Below, piece by piece: positions 43,030 to 55,721 of a DNA stretch of 64,000 nt (the first letter of the stretch is position 1; the number at the start of each line of letters is the position of its first letter). The notes beneath the pieces are model-generated. The model saw only the letters and a list, made by a program, of their open reading frames with translations, was not told where the DNA came from and searched no databases. The translations under genes were made by a program, and so were the position numbers. Source of the DNA: an uncultured Nitrososphaerales archaeon (lineage in GTDB: Archaea; Thermoproteota; Nitrososphaeria; Nitrososphaerales; Nitrososphaeraceae). The stretch is from positions 544,001 to 608,000 of the forward strand of contig CAVQMO010000010.1 in NCBI GenBank assembly GCA_963713605.1, given 5' to 3'.

Positions 43030-44078
43030 ACCGGAGTAATCGGTGTGAATCTTAATCCATCTGCTTCGTTGAACCCGAACATCACGTTCATATTTTGAAT
43101 TGCAGACCCAGCAGCGCCTTTCATCAAATTATCTGATGCTGATAATGCTACAATTCTCTTGTTGTCCTCATCGATGTCAAAACCGATATCGCAAAAGTTT
43201 GAGCCAATAAGAAACTTGGGATCCGGGAATTTGTACAGTCCCTTTTTATCTCTTATTAGTCGTACGAACTGTTCAGTATTATATGATGCACGATAAATTT
43301 TCCATAGCTCCAATTCCGTGACCACTTTTTTCATAAAAACGTGGTTAGTTGTAAGTATTCCTCTTACAATGTTAACGGCGTGAGGGCTCATGCTTACTTT
43401 TATAGGGCTCTTTGTGACTGCTTCCAATTCCTGTTTTATCTCTGCCGTGTGTCTATGTTTGGCTGGTTTGTATGGTCGTATTACTCCGTAACGCATGGCA
43501 TGATGCGTACCTGCGTTTTCAGTTGCACCGGCTCCCGATGAGCCAATCTTACTATCAACTATGATGTGGTCCGTGTCAATTAGATCTTTTTCAACAAGGG
43601 GTCTTATCGATAGAAGTGACGTTACAGCCATGCATCCTGGGCAAGAAACTAATCTTGACTCCTTTATTTTTTCCCTATTGTATTCCGGAACTCCATATGT
43701 AGATAGAGAGAGCATTTCGGGGAAAGGATGCTCCCATCCGTACCATTTGACGTAATCCCTAGGATCCTTTAGACGAAAATCAGCCGAAAGGTCAATAATT
43801 CTCATACCGCGATCATAGAGATCCTTAACAATACTACTTGATTTGCCATGCGGGAGTGAGGTAAAAACTAGATCGCATTTATCAGATAGCTTTTTTGTAT
43901 CTAGGTTTGAAAAAGTTAGATCTATGAACCCCTTAAGACTTGGATGAACGCGATGAACAAGCTCACCAGCTCTCTGTCTAGAAGTTATCATATTCACCTC
44001 AACTTTTGGGTGAGTAGATAACAGCCGCAGAAGCTCACCACCTACGTAACCTGATGCTCCGATAACACCTACCTTCAT
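43026..44078 (-). CDS. lysY: LysW-gamma-phosphate reductase (ArgC-like)
   Basis: GASGYVGGEL, DLSADFR, PGC, DNLMKGAAG. Confidence 0.93.
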   Translation of the reverse strand: MKVGVIGASGYVGGELLRLLSTHPKVEVNMITSRQRAGELVHRVHPSLKGFIDLTFSNLDTKKLSDKCDLVFTSLPHGKSSSIVKDLYDRGMRIIDLSADFRLKDPRDYVKWYGWEHPFPEMLSLSTYGVPEYNREKIKESRLVSCPGCMAVTSLLSIRPLVEKDLIDTDHIIVDSKIGSSGAGATENAGTHHAMRYGVIRPYKPAKHRHTAEIKQELEAVTKSPIKVSMSPHAVNIVRGILTTNHVFMKKVVTELELWKIYRASYNTEQFVRLIRDKKGLYKFPDPKFLIGSNFCDIGFDIDEDNKRIVALSASDNLMKGAAGSAIQNMNVMFGFNEADGLRFTPITPV

Positions 44079-44475
44079 ATACTATTTTCATCAGTATAAT
44101 CTTTTTAATCGGTTTATGAATTTTTATATCTTGATCCTGTGTAGAAGGGGTATAATTAACACCCAACTATCTCATTTATTCGAGCAAATCATAGACCGAT
44201 ACATCGTTTGCCTCTTTTTGTGGCTATGAATGTCTATATTAAGTCCTCAACATCATATTCGCGGGTCATTCTTTTCAGTGCCTGACTTTATGCAATGAAA
44301 CCATTAGAGTAAATCATGATGAAAATCTTCACTTTTCCATGACGTAACATTTTATTGGAATTCGAGATACATCTGCAGAATCTGATGATTGGTCTAGCAA
44401 GAATTTGCACAAATTCTTATTTCATTAAGTATCATTCACCAAATTTGTCAGAATGCACATCGCTACAATCTTCGC

Positions 44476-45675
44476 TTACGATTCGGAGCTTGACATTATT
44501 TGGTTAGAAACGACTGATTGTTTTCCCCATAATTCTATGAAACCCTTTGCAAGCCTTTGATCAAAAACTGATCGGCTGGAATAGGTAGCTACCGCTGGAT
44601 CGTAAATGGCATTTTTTGAGCTCCTTCCTACGACTCGACAAGAGCCATTTTGAAGTTTTAGTTTCACTTTTCCATTTACCCTTGATTGAACTGTATTTAT
44701 GAATTCATCCAAATCTCTTCTCAAAGGTTCAAGCCAAAGACCTGCGTAAACTAGCCAGCTCCATTTTTCTTCTATTATTCGCTTAAAATTGATCTCATGA
44801 TCAGTAAGAACTAAATTTTCAAGATCTTTGTGACATTCAATAAGTGAAATAGCAGCAGGTGCTTCGTAGACCTCGCGAGACTTTATACCTACAATCCGAT
44901 TCTCAATTAAATCAACTATACCTATCCCATGAGAGCCCGCTATCTTGTTCATTTCTACAATTAAATCTTGTAGCTTAAGCAGATTACCATCCAGTGCTAT
45001 TGGTACGCCTGATTTAAACTCAATCTCCACGTATCTTGCTTCACTGGAACGGTTTTTGACAAAGTGAAATATGTTTTCAGGGGGTTCTATGCTTGCGTCC
45101 TCCAATTCTCCGCCCTCAATGGCCCTCCCCCACAAGTTAACATCAATACTGTACTTTTTCGCTTCCAACGAGATGGGTATTTTTTCCTCCATGGCAAATT
45201 TGAGCTCTTCGTCACGAGTCAAATTCATGTCTCTTATGGGAGCTAGGATATAGAGCTCTGGATTAAGTGATTTTATAGTTATATCAAATCTAACCTGGTC
45301 GTTCCCTTTACCAGTACATCCGTGTGCTACTACGTTTGCACCTTCATTTGACGCCACTTCGACCAATTTTGAAGCTATTAGTGGACGAGCCAAAGCAGTT
45401 GCTAGTGGATACTTTCCCTGGTAGAGCGCATTCGCTCTAATGGATCTGCTAACATAGTCGTTTGCAAATTCTTCAGTTGAATCAATGTGAATATGCTTAG
45501 AAGCTCCAACCGCAATAGCCCTATTCTCGATTTCATTAAAGTCTTCATCTTGGCCACAATCCACTGTTACGGTCGTAACTAGAGCATCATGAAACTTCTG
45601 CAAATACCTTATGCATACAGATGTATCTAGACCTCCTGAGTATGCTAGAACAACTTTTTTCTTGACCATTACCAA
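44476..45675 (-). CDS. argG: Argininosuccinate synthase
   Basis: AYSGGLDTS, HGCTGKGNDQVRF, KSREVYEAP. Confidence 0.97.
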   Translation of the reverse strand: MVMVKKKVVLAYSGGLDTSVCIRYLQKFHDALVTTVTVDCGQDEDFNEIENRAIAVGASKHIHIDSTEEFANDYVSRSIRANALYQGKYPLATALARPLIASKLVEVASNEGANVVAHGCTGKGNDQVRFDITIKSLNPELYILAPIRDMNLTRDEELKFAMEEKIPISLEAKKYSIDVNLWGRAIEGGELEDASIEPPENIFHFVKNRSSEARYVEIEFKSGVPIALDGNLLKLQDLIVEMNKIAGSHGIGIVDLIENRIVGIKSREVYEAPAAISLIECHKDLENLVLTDHEINFKRIIEEKWSWLVYAGLWLEPLRRDLDEFINTVQSRVNGKVKLKLQNGSCRVVGRSSKNAIYDPAVATYSSRSVFDQRLAKGFIELWGKQSVVSNQIMSSSES

Positions 45676-45902
45676 CGCATGCGATTTATGACTCTAGATT
45701 TATGTTTTTTGGTCTTAAACCATCTCTTAGATAGGCAAGTCATAGTCTATTCGGCCCGACCGTCAACCAATCATAAGGTATTTTCTCCCCTGAGTATCCT
45801 TTTACTAGTTCGGTTTTGGGAAATACTATCGCGCAATTGAAACCTTTTTGTGTACCAGTTAAGCTCAGAACAGATTTATCATCCGCAGGTCGTTAGGTTA
45901 TC

Positions 45903-46806
45903 GTGTATAGAAGATATACATTTGAACAGGTCAAAAGGAAAATCTTCACAATTCTCGAGTATCAAGCGACAGGAATGTCTGGCGTAGAACTGGCGAACAA
46001 GACTGGTATTAATAGAATGACGATTACCAAGTATCTGCATCTATTGTATTCAATTGGATTAATTAGAAAGAAGAAAATCGGCACAGTCAATATATGGTTT
46101 CTTGAATCCGGATTGAACTATCCTGGATCTTCTATCAATTACAACGATTTGGCAGCAGAGATTTATGAATGCACTTTTGGCCGGCAGTGATGAATTATCG
46201 TCGAAATTGATCATTAACGCAATGAACTCGGGCGCAGAAAAACTGAAGCTTCTTACAGATGTTTTCCTGCCTACAGTCAATACTGTTGGCGAACTTTACA
46301 GTAGAGGTAGACTTAACAGGACAGAGCGAATTAACCTTCAAAGTGTCTTAATAGAAATATTGGATTTCGTCAAGTATAGTATTTACAATGGGGAGAAGAG
46401 ACCTGATATTTCTGCGCTAATTATCTGTGGTTCTGAAGATGCGATTATACATTCAAAAATGATCGATTTGTCACTTCGCTTGGAGAATTGTGATACACGA
46501 TATATTGGCAATGTACAAGGTGCGCTTGATCCATTCTTCGATATCGATTTTCAACGCTACGTAACTAGATTATGGGGAAATAAAACCGGGCTCGTCATCT
46601 TGTGTATTTGCTCATCTGTAGAGAGTTCCCTTCGCTTTTTATATTCAGCGGCTCATGTGCTTCGGAGCAAGCTCGCGGCACGCCTCATCTTATGTTTGAT
46701 GACCAATAGTGAAATAAGGAATGCATATGATTTTGAAAACGCAGATCACGTTGCCGCTAGCCCGCTTGATCTACTCTTGTGGTTACGAGACTTGATTCAA
46801 AAATAA
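45903..46806 (+). CDS. HTH transcriptional regulator with B12-binding-like cap/Rossmann domain (frameshift near 46150)
   Basis: GMSGVELANKTGINRMTITKYL HTH; VGELYSRG cap-like helix. Confidence 0.7.
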
Positions 46807-47064
46807 TACTACCTGCCCCCCCATTTCACTCCTCAAAGACGTAATCGTCATACCACCCAGACACACAAATATTTCAAGTGTATTAGCTTATGAACATAAT
46901 ATTGGTATGATTATCAGGTTCTCTAGAGCTATCAATACTCGAAATAATTGTGCATGATCCGAAACTATGGGCAGTACAAAATTAAATTGATTCGGCGACT
47001 TGATCAATTACGATGTATTATCAATTTAATACTAATTGGAGCAAAAATAATACTACGCTTTAAT

Positions 47065-47883
47065 TTAAAAGCCTAGCTTTACCAATTGTTTAAGACCTTT
47101 CTTTTTGAAGCGTATAAAGGTTATATCCACTGGATATCGAGATATCAAAATATTCTGATTTGAATGAATCGGATATATTTCCTGTCCATCTATAATTAGG
47201 TTCGTGTCATGGTTGCTTTTAATAACGATATTCTCAACAGGAACGACAATACTAGGCATTCGATTAACTGAACCTACTGGAACAATTACTAAAGATTCCA
47301 GATTCCCTTGCAATAAGGGACCACCGAAAGAATAACAATGACCGGTAGAGCCGGTCGGAGTTGATACTGCGACACCATCCATTCTTTGATTAATTTCATC
47401 GTCTAAAGTTCTTATGGAGAAATATGGGGTTCTCATTACGTTCGATCTCGTGCAGAAGATCTCGTTTAATGCAGGAAAGGTTTGTTGTCCATTAGTGGCA
47501 GCAAAAATTCTGAGTCTTCTCTCCAAGAGGTAGTCGCCGCTGAGAATGTTGTGTATCGACTTTTCTATCATGTCTGCGCCTATCTCAGATAGAATGCCTC
47601 TATTTCCGCCAATATTCATGGGTAGGATCGGCGTGTTAGGTGGCATTCCTCTACACGCTCTCAGTGTAGTCCCATCACCGCCGATTGCAATCGCGATATC
47701 TATACTAGTTTTTGCTAACTCTGCATATGCTACTGGAATGGATCCATCAATGGTTAAAGGCAAGATTGAATATGAGCTGACGTCATGCGAACCTAAGATC
47801 TTGACGATAACTTGAGCAGTCTCCTGAGCTTCCTTGCTATTCAATTTTGTTGCAATGGCCACTCCGTGGATGTCATTAGGCAT
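47065..47883 (-). CDS. nadK: NAD(+) kinase
   Basis: GGDGT, ALNE, DG..STPTGSTG. Confidence 0.93.
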   Translation of the reverse strand: MPNDIHGVAIATKLNSKEAQETAQVIVKILGSHDVSSYSILPLTIDGSIPVAYAELAKTSIDIAIAIGGDGTTLRACRGMPPNTPILPMNIGGNRGILSEIGADMIEKSIHNILSGDYLLERRLRIFAATNGQQTFPALNEIFCTRSNVMRTPYFSIRTLDDEINQRMDGVAVSTPTGSTGHCYSFGGPLLQGNLESLVIVPVGSVNRMPSIVVPVENIVIKSNHDTNLIIDGQEIYPIHSNQNILISRYPVDITFIRFKKKGLKQLVKLGF

Positions 47884-48016
47884 TCGCTAATGGAAAATAT
47901 CAGAGTATACACTTAAATGCATTTACATCTGCCACTTAAAAAATTGTTTCAATCTGTTTTCTTAGGGAACCCACACGAATAAATAACGCAGGATTTGAAC
48001 ATCAATACCACATAAT

Positions 48017-48090
48017 GGGCCGATAGCTCAGCTTGGTGGAGCGTTCGACTGATAATCGAAAGGTCGAGGGTTCAACTCCCTTTCGGCCCA
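48017..48090 (+). tRNA. tRNA-Ile(GAT)
   Basis: GGGCCGA/TCGGCCC-A acceptor; TTCGA-CTGATAA-TCGAA anticodon arm. Confidence 0.97.
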
Positions 48091-49034
48091 TTGTATGTAT
48101 GACTTCATATATTTTTGAAGGCACTATTGTATCAATGTCTGTAGATAGAGGAACGAAGAGGGTATTGATAAATTTAATGCCAACTACTTTGACTATTACA
48201 GTTCGTCATATTACCGATTCGGTACCCATCAACAAAGCGCATTGGTCCGTATTCGAAGCAGATTGTACACCACAGACATCAGCAAAGTGCCGCTTATACT
48301 GTCTACATAAGGACTTTTTTCAAGTTAAATAGTTTGATGACTGCTAAACATTTAGAGGAGTTACCATTCCTCTAAATATCTTTTTGACTATACCTCTTGC
48401 GATTATGGGTAAAGGACTTTCTCCAGCCGCTACTATGTCTGCATCACTAATTAAACTTTAACAACAATTATGTAGTTCGTTCGTCACCTATATTTAAAAG
48501 TTTCTGCTAATATCAGTATATACCATTCGTAGTGACTGGTGTTCAATTGTTAGACCCTCTCAGGATGTTTTGATCAAGATATTGCCAGATATACAATATG
48601 CAGTAGATTCCATGCATCTACTAGTTCATTTTTAGTATCTCTTAGTATAAGGCCTATCAATGATAAAAGACGGATTCTATTGAAGTGTTCCTGAATTTGT
48701 ACTTGGGTGCACTCGAGATAGGATATATGAGAGAACAGAAGATGGGATTATGTTAGATTTATACAAAGCTCACAATCACTTGTTCGTACGTCTCTGATTA
48801 ATTTAACACGATACAAACAAATTTGTATGAGTGATGAGCTGGGTAAAACCGGCTAACTCAGTGGTAAATCCTACTTACCCACTAAGTCTTTTAGTAATGA
48901 TACTATATAACTAATTATAAATTGGAAAATGGGTATTTTGATAGCAGATACTTTGTAAGAACTTACCAATCCAATGGCCGGCGCTTTACAAAAAAAAATA
49001 GGTTCGAAAGAAGGCAGAGAACAAAACCGGCTTT

Positions 49035-49400
49035 ATGCGTTATTCCTCTAGTCAGAGATCTATGCGTACATACCTCCCTGAGAACATTCAATACTATTAT
49101 CGATACCTGCCAAAACATCTACACAATGCAGACATTGTTTACCAAGTGGATATACTCCCACGCAAACATGGCTAGCATTCTGAAAGAGCTGGAGTGGCTT
49201 TATTTTAGGTAAATTAAATGGTGAAGTTCAAGATATGAAGGAATATGTAGGACAATTTAGAAAGCTTTCTAAGGATTTAGGATATGAACCAAATGACTTT
49301 GCAGATACTTTTGCATCTGAATAAATAGATGAGATCGACAGAAAGTACTATTATGAGAATAATGAGGACGCCCTAATGATACGTTATGGAACCACCATAG
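49035..49400 (+). pseudogene. Possible highly degraded RimI-like N-acetyltransferase
   Basis: Fragments MRTYLPENIQYY and KYYYENNEDALMI resemble RimI N- and C-terminal motifs; multiple stops. Confidence 0.3.
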
Positions 49401-49773
49401 GAGCTAAATTCTTGATTTTCAATTCAAGATCCTCTGATCCCTATCCTTGGCAGATTCGAGGAATCTGTCTACGCTGTCCAATTCAATCTTTGATTTGTTG
49501 TTTTCCTTCGTATCGGGGTTGGATTCCGATTATCTATTATACTAATAATTCATTTTTCGATAAATGATATACAGAGGGGATCGCCAGAAAAGATTATCCA
49601 AAACAAGCTGACGCTGTAACTCTTACTAGATAAGTTTTGAAAAATTTTGCCTTGTATTGTATCTCAAGACTCTGAACTAGAATCAGGTCCAAATAATTTA
49701 GTTTATTACACAATATCAATTTACACCTAAATAATTCAAAGTGGCACACTAATTCCAAACGATTATAGTTATT

Positions 49774-51034
49774 ATGAGTCTTGCCCCACAGGAACTAGAA
49801 AATACTGCTAGCAAATTCGCTGCTGAAGCTATTAGCTTTGACACGCAGGGTTCTAGAGGAATGGCTATTCAATCCTATCAGAGAGCCATAGACGCATTGG
49901 TGAAATTAGTCCAAATATATCCAGAATATAGGCTAAATAGAGTATACAGAGAGCGAGCAAATGCATACCAGAATCGAATACGTACACTCCAGCTTTCGTC
50001 AGACCTTAATTCGAAAACCCCGGCTAGAATCATTTCCCCATTAACAAAGGATTCTACGGGTCAGGATTCTAACGAATTCCGTAATGAGAGAAAATCTAAG
50101 AATCAGTCTGTGAACTTCACACATCAAGGCTCCGCATCAGATTCAGCCACATCTTCAGATCCGAATTTCGACGATCTTGTGCTGAAAGAGAAGCCGCATG
50201 TGAGGTGGGATGAAGTGATTGGTCTAGACGACGCAAAACGAGCAATACGTGAGTCAATTGTCTATCCTACCAAACGTTCTGACCTGTTTCCCCTGGGATG
50301 GCCGCGAGGGATACTATTATTTGGCCCACCTGGTTGGCAAAACCCTGCTGGCGGCAGCCGCTGCTGCTGAAATTGATGGGTATTTCCTGAATGTCGATGC
50401 AGCCAGTATGATGAGCAAATGGCTAGGAGAAGCAGAGAAAAACGTATCTAAACTATTTATGCTGGCGAGGCGGCTCCAGGAGAATGAAGGTGTTCCCGTT
50501 CTTTTGTTTATTGATGAGATTGATTCATTACTCGGAACCAGAACTAGCGAAAACGGTGGAGAGGTACGAGTAAAGAATCAATTCCTTACTGAGATGGATG
50601 GTATAAATGTCAAGTTGAAAGATTCTCAGTTATATGTAATTGGAGCAACAAACAAGCCTTGGACATTAGAGTCAGGATTTCTTCGAAGGTTCCAGAAGCG
50701 CATCAACGTTTCACTTCCTTCTCTTCCATCTAGAGTAGACTTATTTCGTCAATATACTCGTCCTCTCAATCGTGAAAAAACGTTAAAACCAGACGATTTG
50801 GCCAAACTATGTGAGGGTTATAGTGCCAGCGACATAAAGGACATTTGTCAAGCTGCTCAGCTTAGGGTTGTTAACGAACTATTTGAAAGTGGCATGGCTA
50901 TGGATACCAATTCAAATCCGAGGACTATAAGTGTAGTCGATTTCAAAGAAATTTTTAAGGTTCGAAAACCTAGTGTTAGCGCAGAAATGCTAAAGGCTTA
51001 CGTTAAATGGAGTGACCAATTCAAAGCGCTTTAA
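49774..51034 (+). CDS. cdvC: Vps4-like AAA ATPase CdvC (MIT + AAA); frameshift near 50335
   Basis: MIT helices, LGWPRGILLFGPPG(C)GKT, MSKWLGEAEKNV, FIDEID, ATNKPW, RRFQKR. Confidence 0.92.
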
Positions 51035-51595
51035 GGATTCCTTGCTCGCATATCTGTCAGTCGCCTCCTTTATTTTTTGCCTTGCAATCTGATCATTGGC
51101 ATAGCCAACTACATTTACAAACTTTCCTGGTTCTAATTCTTTGTAATGTTCAAAAAAGTGTTTAACCCTATCCAATGTGCTGGCTGGAATATCTGATAAT
51201 TGTTTTGTATTCGAATAGGTTGGATCTACCTTCGGACTAGGCACAGAAATTATCTTGGAATCCTTTCCTTCCTCGTCCTCAGTTAACAATACTCCTAGAG
51301 GAGTCGCACGTACAACTGACAAAGGAAATAGGCTTTCCTCACCTAACAATAATACATCTACTGGGTCTCCATCTTCTTCCAATGTTCCAGGCAAAAACCC
51401 ATAGTTGAATGGATATACCATGGAAGTGTACAGTTTTCTATCCACAAACAAAACTCCTGTTTCGTGATCTAACTCGTACTTGATCCTGCTATCCTTAGGA
51501 ATCTCGACAACTACGTTAATTTCTCCTAAAGGTTCAGTCATTGCCGATATTTTATTTACAATAGACAATTTTGGTAACAAATCATTGTGAGACAT
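50990..51595 (-). CDS. ppa: Inorganic pyrophosphatase
   Basis: KYE, YPFNYG, DGDPVD, FFEHYKELE. Confidence 0.95.
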   Translation of the reverse strand: MSHNDLLPKLSIVNKISAMTEPLGEINVVVEIPKDSRIKYELDHETGVLFVDRKLYTSMVYPFNYGFLPGTLEEDGDPVDVLLLGEESLFPLSVVRATPLGVLLTEDEEGKDSKIISVPSPKVDPTYSNTKQLSDIPASTLDRVKHFFEHYKELEPGKFVNVVGYANDQIARQKIKEATDRYASKESLKRFELVTPFNVSL

Positions 51596-51662
51596 TATTA
51601 TGTTTCTATTGAAGGCATGCCAAAAATATAAAGAGGGTTAAAGAAAGATTGCTGCCATAGAA

Positions 51663-54600
51663 TTGGATTTGCTTCCTACTTTCGACGCCAAAGCTATAGA
51701 AAAATTTGTAAAAGAACATTGGGAAAAAGTAAATCTAAAGCAACTTATCCAAAAAGAATTGGAAGCCCAAAACTCTCCTCTACTAGGCTTTATCGAAGGT
51801 CCTCCTACCATGAACGGAGACCCGCATCTCGGCCATTTACGGGGACGTGTTATAAAGGATGCATGGTTCAGGATTAAGACACTTCAGAAGAACAGGGTGG
51901 TGTTCCGGGCCGGTTGGGATACCCAAGGATTGCCAGTGGAGTTACAGGCAGAGAAGGAACTGGGTCTAACCGGTAGCAAGATCGAGAACATACAAAAAGT
52001 GGGTGCGGAGAGGTTAGTGCAGGCGTGTATAGATCTTATTCACAGATATAATGCCAAGTGGATCCAATCTGATAATTTACTTGGAATGTCATTTGACTAT
52101 TCAGGAGCATACTGGACCTACAAGGATGAATATATAGAACGGGAGTGGAGATATCTCCAAAGGGCTTGGGAACAAGGCATATTGAAGGAAGGTTTCCGCG
52201 TAGTACCCTTATTGTCCATCATGTCAAACTTCACTTAGTAACGCAGAAGTTAACCAGGGCTATGAAAATGTGGAAGATCCATCTCTCTATTACAAGGTCA
52301 GGTTAATAGACCAGAATGTATTTTTAGTAGTGTGGACAACAATGCCCTTCACGCTTGTTACCGACGAGTTAGTTGCCGTGAATCCTGATGCAAAATATGC
52401 ATATGTCAAAGTAGGTCAAGAGATTTGGGTCTTGGCGAGAGAAAGACTAGAAGAGCTATTTGACTATTTGGATATTCGGGAATTTGAAATAATGAAAATT
52501 GCATTAGGAAAGGAACTTGAAGGGCAAAGGTACATGCATCCTTTCCTGGCGATGATACCTGGACTAGAAACGTTAGCAAAAACAGGAAAAATACATTTAG
52601 TTGTCGCTGAAAGCTTTGTTGATACCAACACAGGGAGCGGGATAGTCCATTTGTCTCCAGCCAATGGAGAGATGGACTTTCAAATTGCTACGAAGCGGGG
52701 TATTCCTCTATTTTCTCCAATTGACGATAGAGTAATGCTTACAGAGGATGCAGGTATATTCAATCAGTTATTTGTTAGGGATGCTGATCCGCTTGTCATC
52801 GAGAAATTAAAATCTACCGGTCATTACGTTAAAGCAGGACGAATCAAGCATCAATACCCTACGTGTTGGCGTTCTCATCATAAATTGGTATGGTTAGCCA
52901 GACGGGAATATTTCTATATGACTGAATTTTTGGGCTCGAAACCCCTGGACGCAGCTCAAAGTGTTAGATATTTTTTCAACTCTTCTAGGAATAGATTCAT
53001 TGAGATAATCAAGGAAAAAGTACCGTGGTGCATTACCAGAGAACGATTGTGGGGAACTCCTCTTCCTATATGGTCGTGTGTAAATTGTAAAAAGAAGGAT
53101 TTGTTATATTCAAGAAAGCAAGTTGTAGAAAGGGCAATTAGTCTGCCAGACGGAGAACAATTTCCATTACACAGGCCCCAGTTGGATAGAATTAATCTTA
53201 AATGTGACTCGTGTGGGTCGATAATGCAGAGGGAGCAATTTGTTCTGGATACCTGGCACAATAGTGGAGCTGCTCCCTATGCTTCATTAACTGATTCTGA
53301 ATATTACGAACTTGTTCCAGTCCAGTTCCTTACTGAAGGAATTGATCAGACCAGAGGATGGGCCTATACGATGCTGCTAGAAAACATAATTCTATCTGGG
53401 CCGTCTATTCCCCCTTATCAATCATTCCTTTTTCAAGGTCACGTGTTAGATGAAAAGGGTAACAAAATGAGCAAGAGTTTGGGGAACGTAATCGACTCTA
53501 TACAGTTCCTAACCAATAATCCGGTGGACGTCATTAGATACTACTTCTTGTGGAAGTCTTCCCCCGCTGAATCCTTGAACTTCGATGTAAAAGAAATGTT
53601 GAGCCGACCCCATCAAATCATTAGCACCCTTTACTATCTACACATATATTTTTCTCAAAACAGTACTTATGACAAATACAATCCAAAAAGCCATAGTCTT
53701 GATTGGACAAAAAGTAGAAATCATTTATCAATTTCTGAAGTATGGATCCTGTCAAAGTTTCAAGATCTAATTTCCGATTTTACAGCGAGCTTTGGATGAA
53801 TGTAGATTTCATGAAGCAGCAAAATTGCTTGCGGAATTCATAATTAACTTTCTCAGTCAAACCTATATTCCTATTGTCCGGAATGATTTATGGGACGACA
53901 GTCAAGAATCGTGGGAAAGGCGAACATCTGTATACTCTGTGTTAAATTATATACTAAAAACCCTTGATATCATGCTTCATCCAATTTCTCCTTTCGTGAC
54001 GGAGTACCTATACCTGATGTGCTTTAAGGATAATGAAAGTGTAATGTTAGAGAAATGGCCACTGCCCAACAATGACTACGTGGATCGTGATGTGGAATCA
54101 GGATTTGATCTCCTGAAGAACGTTATTTCCCTTTCGAATGCAGCTAGAATGAAAGCCAAACTCAAACGAAGATGGCCCATCAATGAAGTTCTAATATTCT
54201 CCACCGATATTCGTTTTCTTAATAATCCTGACCTAATGGAAATCTTGAGAAACCAAATAAACGCCCAGAACTGTCGACTCATTGAGATTCCATCCTTCAA
54301 GTCTCAAACCTCAAAACTGAATTCGTTAATAGCAAAAGGGGCCCCAATCAATGTGGAGATGCATATACTTACAAAAAGCGTAGCACCAAGAGTTAAGAGC
54401 AAGATAACTCCTCTAGTACGAGATTTTGAGGAGATTGATAAGATCAAGGTCCTTCGTTCCTTGGATGCAGAAGGCAAGCTAACTGTTAATGTCTTGGATG
54501 AGAAGATCGAACTAGAGGAAAATGATCTTATTATGGAGTATTCCCCGTTAGATGGCTATTCAAGTGTAGAACTTGATGGTCTTGTAGTCTTTATTTCGAC

Positions 54601-54880
54601 CTCCCGATCGAATCACTTGATAAAGATGGGTTTTCTAAGAGATTTAGCTAGGAACTTGCAACAACTGAGAAAGGAACAAGGACGCAACCCTACTGACATT
54701 TTACCCGTTGCTCATGTAGCGGGACTTAGCGAATCAGAAATGAATGATCTTTCTCCGTTAAAAGATGAACTGAAATTCCTGGTAAGAGTCAACGATATTA
54801 TATTCTCATTGAACGCCTTAGATGGTGCTAACTATAAGACGATTGATTTAGATGGACGGCAATTCCTGATCTCTATATGA
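51663..54880 (+). CDS. ileS: Isoleucyl-tRNA synthetase (frameshifts near 52208 and 53790)
   Basis: EGPPT, HLGH, GWDTQGLP, WTTMP, EGIDQTRGW, KMSKS. Confidence 0.95.
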
Positions 54881-55008
54881 AAATTAACTGAGGGAAAGCA
54901 TGACAATCATGAACAATTTTAGCTTTCGGTCAAGTATTGTAAGCGTGGTAAATTAAATACAAAAAGCTGGAAAATGGATGCCATTGATTAATAATAAGCA
55001 GATTGCTC

Positions 55009-55347
55009 TTGATAGCGGGCAGGTCACCTTAGATGAATGGCTCGTAGAGAGACTTCGAGTTAAACTAGCAAAAACTTCGCTTCTTGCCGGAAGACTACGC
55101 CGTCCAATTCTATTGTACAGAAAAACTATGGAAGAATCTGAGCAATCAGTCTGAGGAAGAAATCGCTACAGTCTCTAAAGATTTTATCATCGTGCAGGTA
55201 ATTGTATACGGTGGTTTTATTCCGCCAAATTTTCATCAGCAATATATTTTTACTCCAGACAAATTTGCATCATGGGTCATGCATCGCAGCCGTGAGCTAG
55301 TGATGCAATGCCTAGAAAATATTGAAGAGCTTTCTCAAAAGTCTTAG
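55009..55347 (+). CDS. Hypothetical protein (frameshift near 55145; start uncertain)
   Basis: DSGQVTLDEWLVERLRVKL...LLYRKTMEE joins EEEIATV...GGFIPPNFHQQY. Confidence 0.6.
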
Positions 55348-55437
55348 GTCATTAAGTAAATATTCGGAAATGAGAACTTACTATTAGAGATCTTACGTTC
55401 CTGGGAGATTTGGATTGTACGTTTGCCTAACTAGCGA

Positions 55438-55632
55438 CTATTGCCACGGCTCATTTCCAAGTACGCCCATTGGGGTATTCAATACAGATGTGATACGCCT
55501 CGTCATTTGATAATTGCTGGAGTGACAAGGACACATACAAAGTCCTATGTTGTAAGTTGGTTTAGATCCTCTAGTAATTCCATCACATGATGGATGTTGC
55601 TGTCTTTTACAATCAGACGATCTATTCTCCAA
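55438..55632 (-). CDS. Small Cys/His-rich protein
   Basis: C..QQH..C...CMCPCH. Confidence 0.4.
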   Translation of the reverse strand: MENRSSDCKRQQHPSCDGITRGSKPTYNIGLCMCPCHSSNYQMTRRITSVLNTPMGVLGNEPWQ

Positions 55633-55721
55633 TACTTTGCTTTTTGTTGAAAATTCCTTTAATTAAAGTATTATGATCATACGAGCTAACCACTTTTAAA
55701 CATGACCTCCCTTTCAATATT

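Noticed and set aside
48830..48860. Hammerhead ribozyme
   Set aside because: GTGATGA...CTAA deviates from the required CTGATGA...GAAA core
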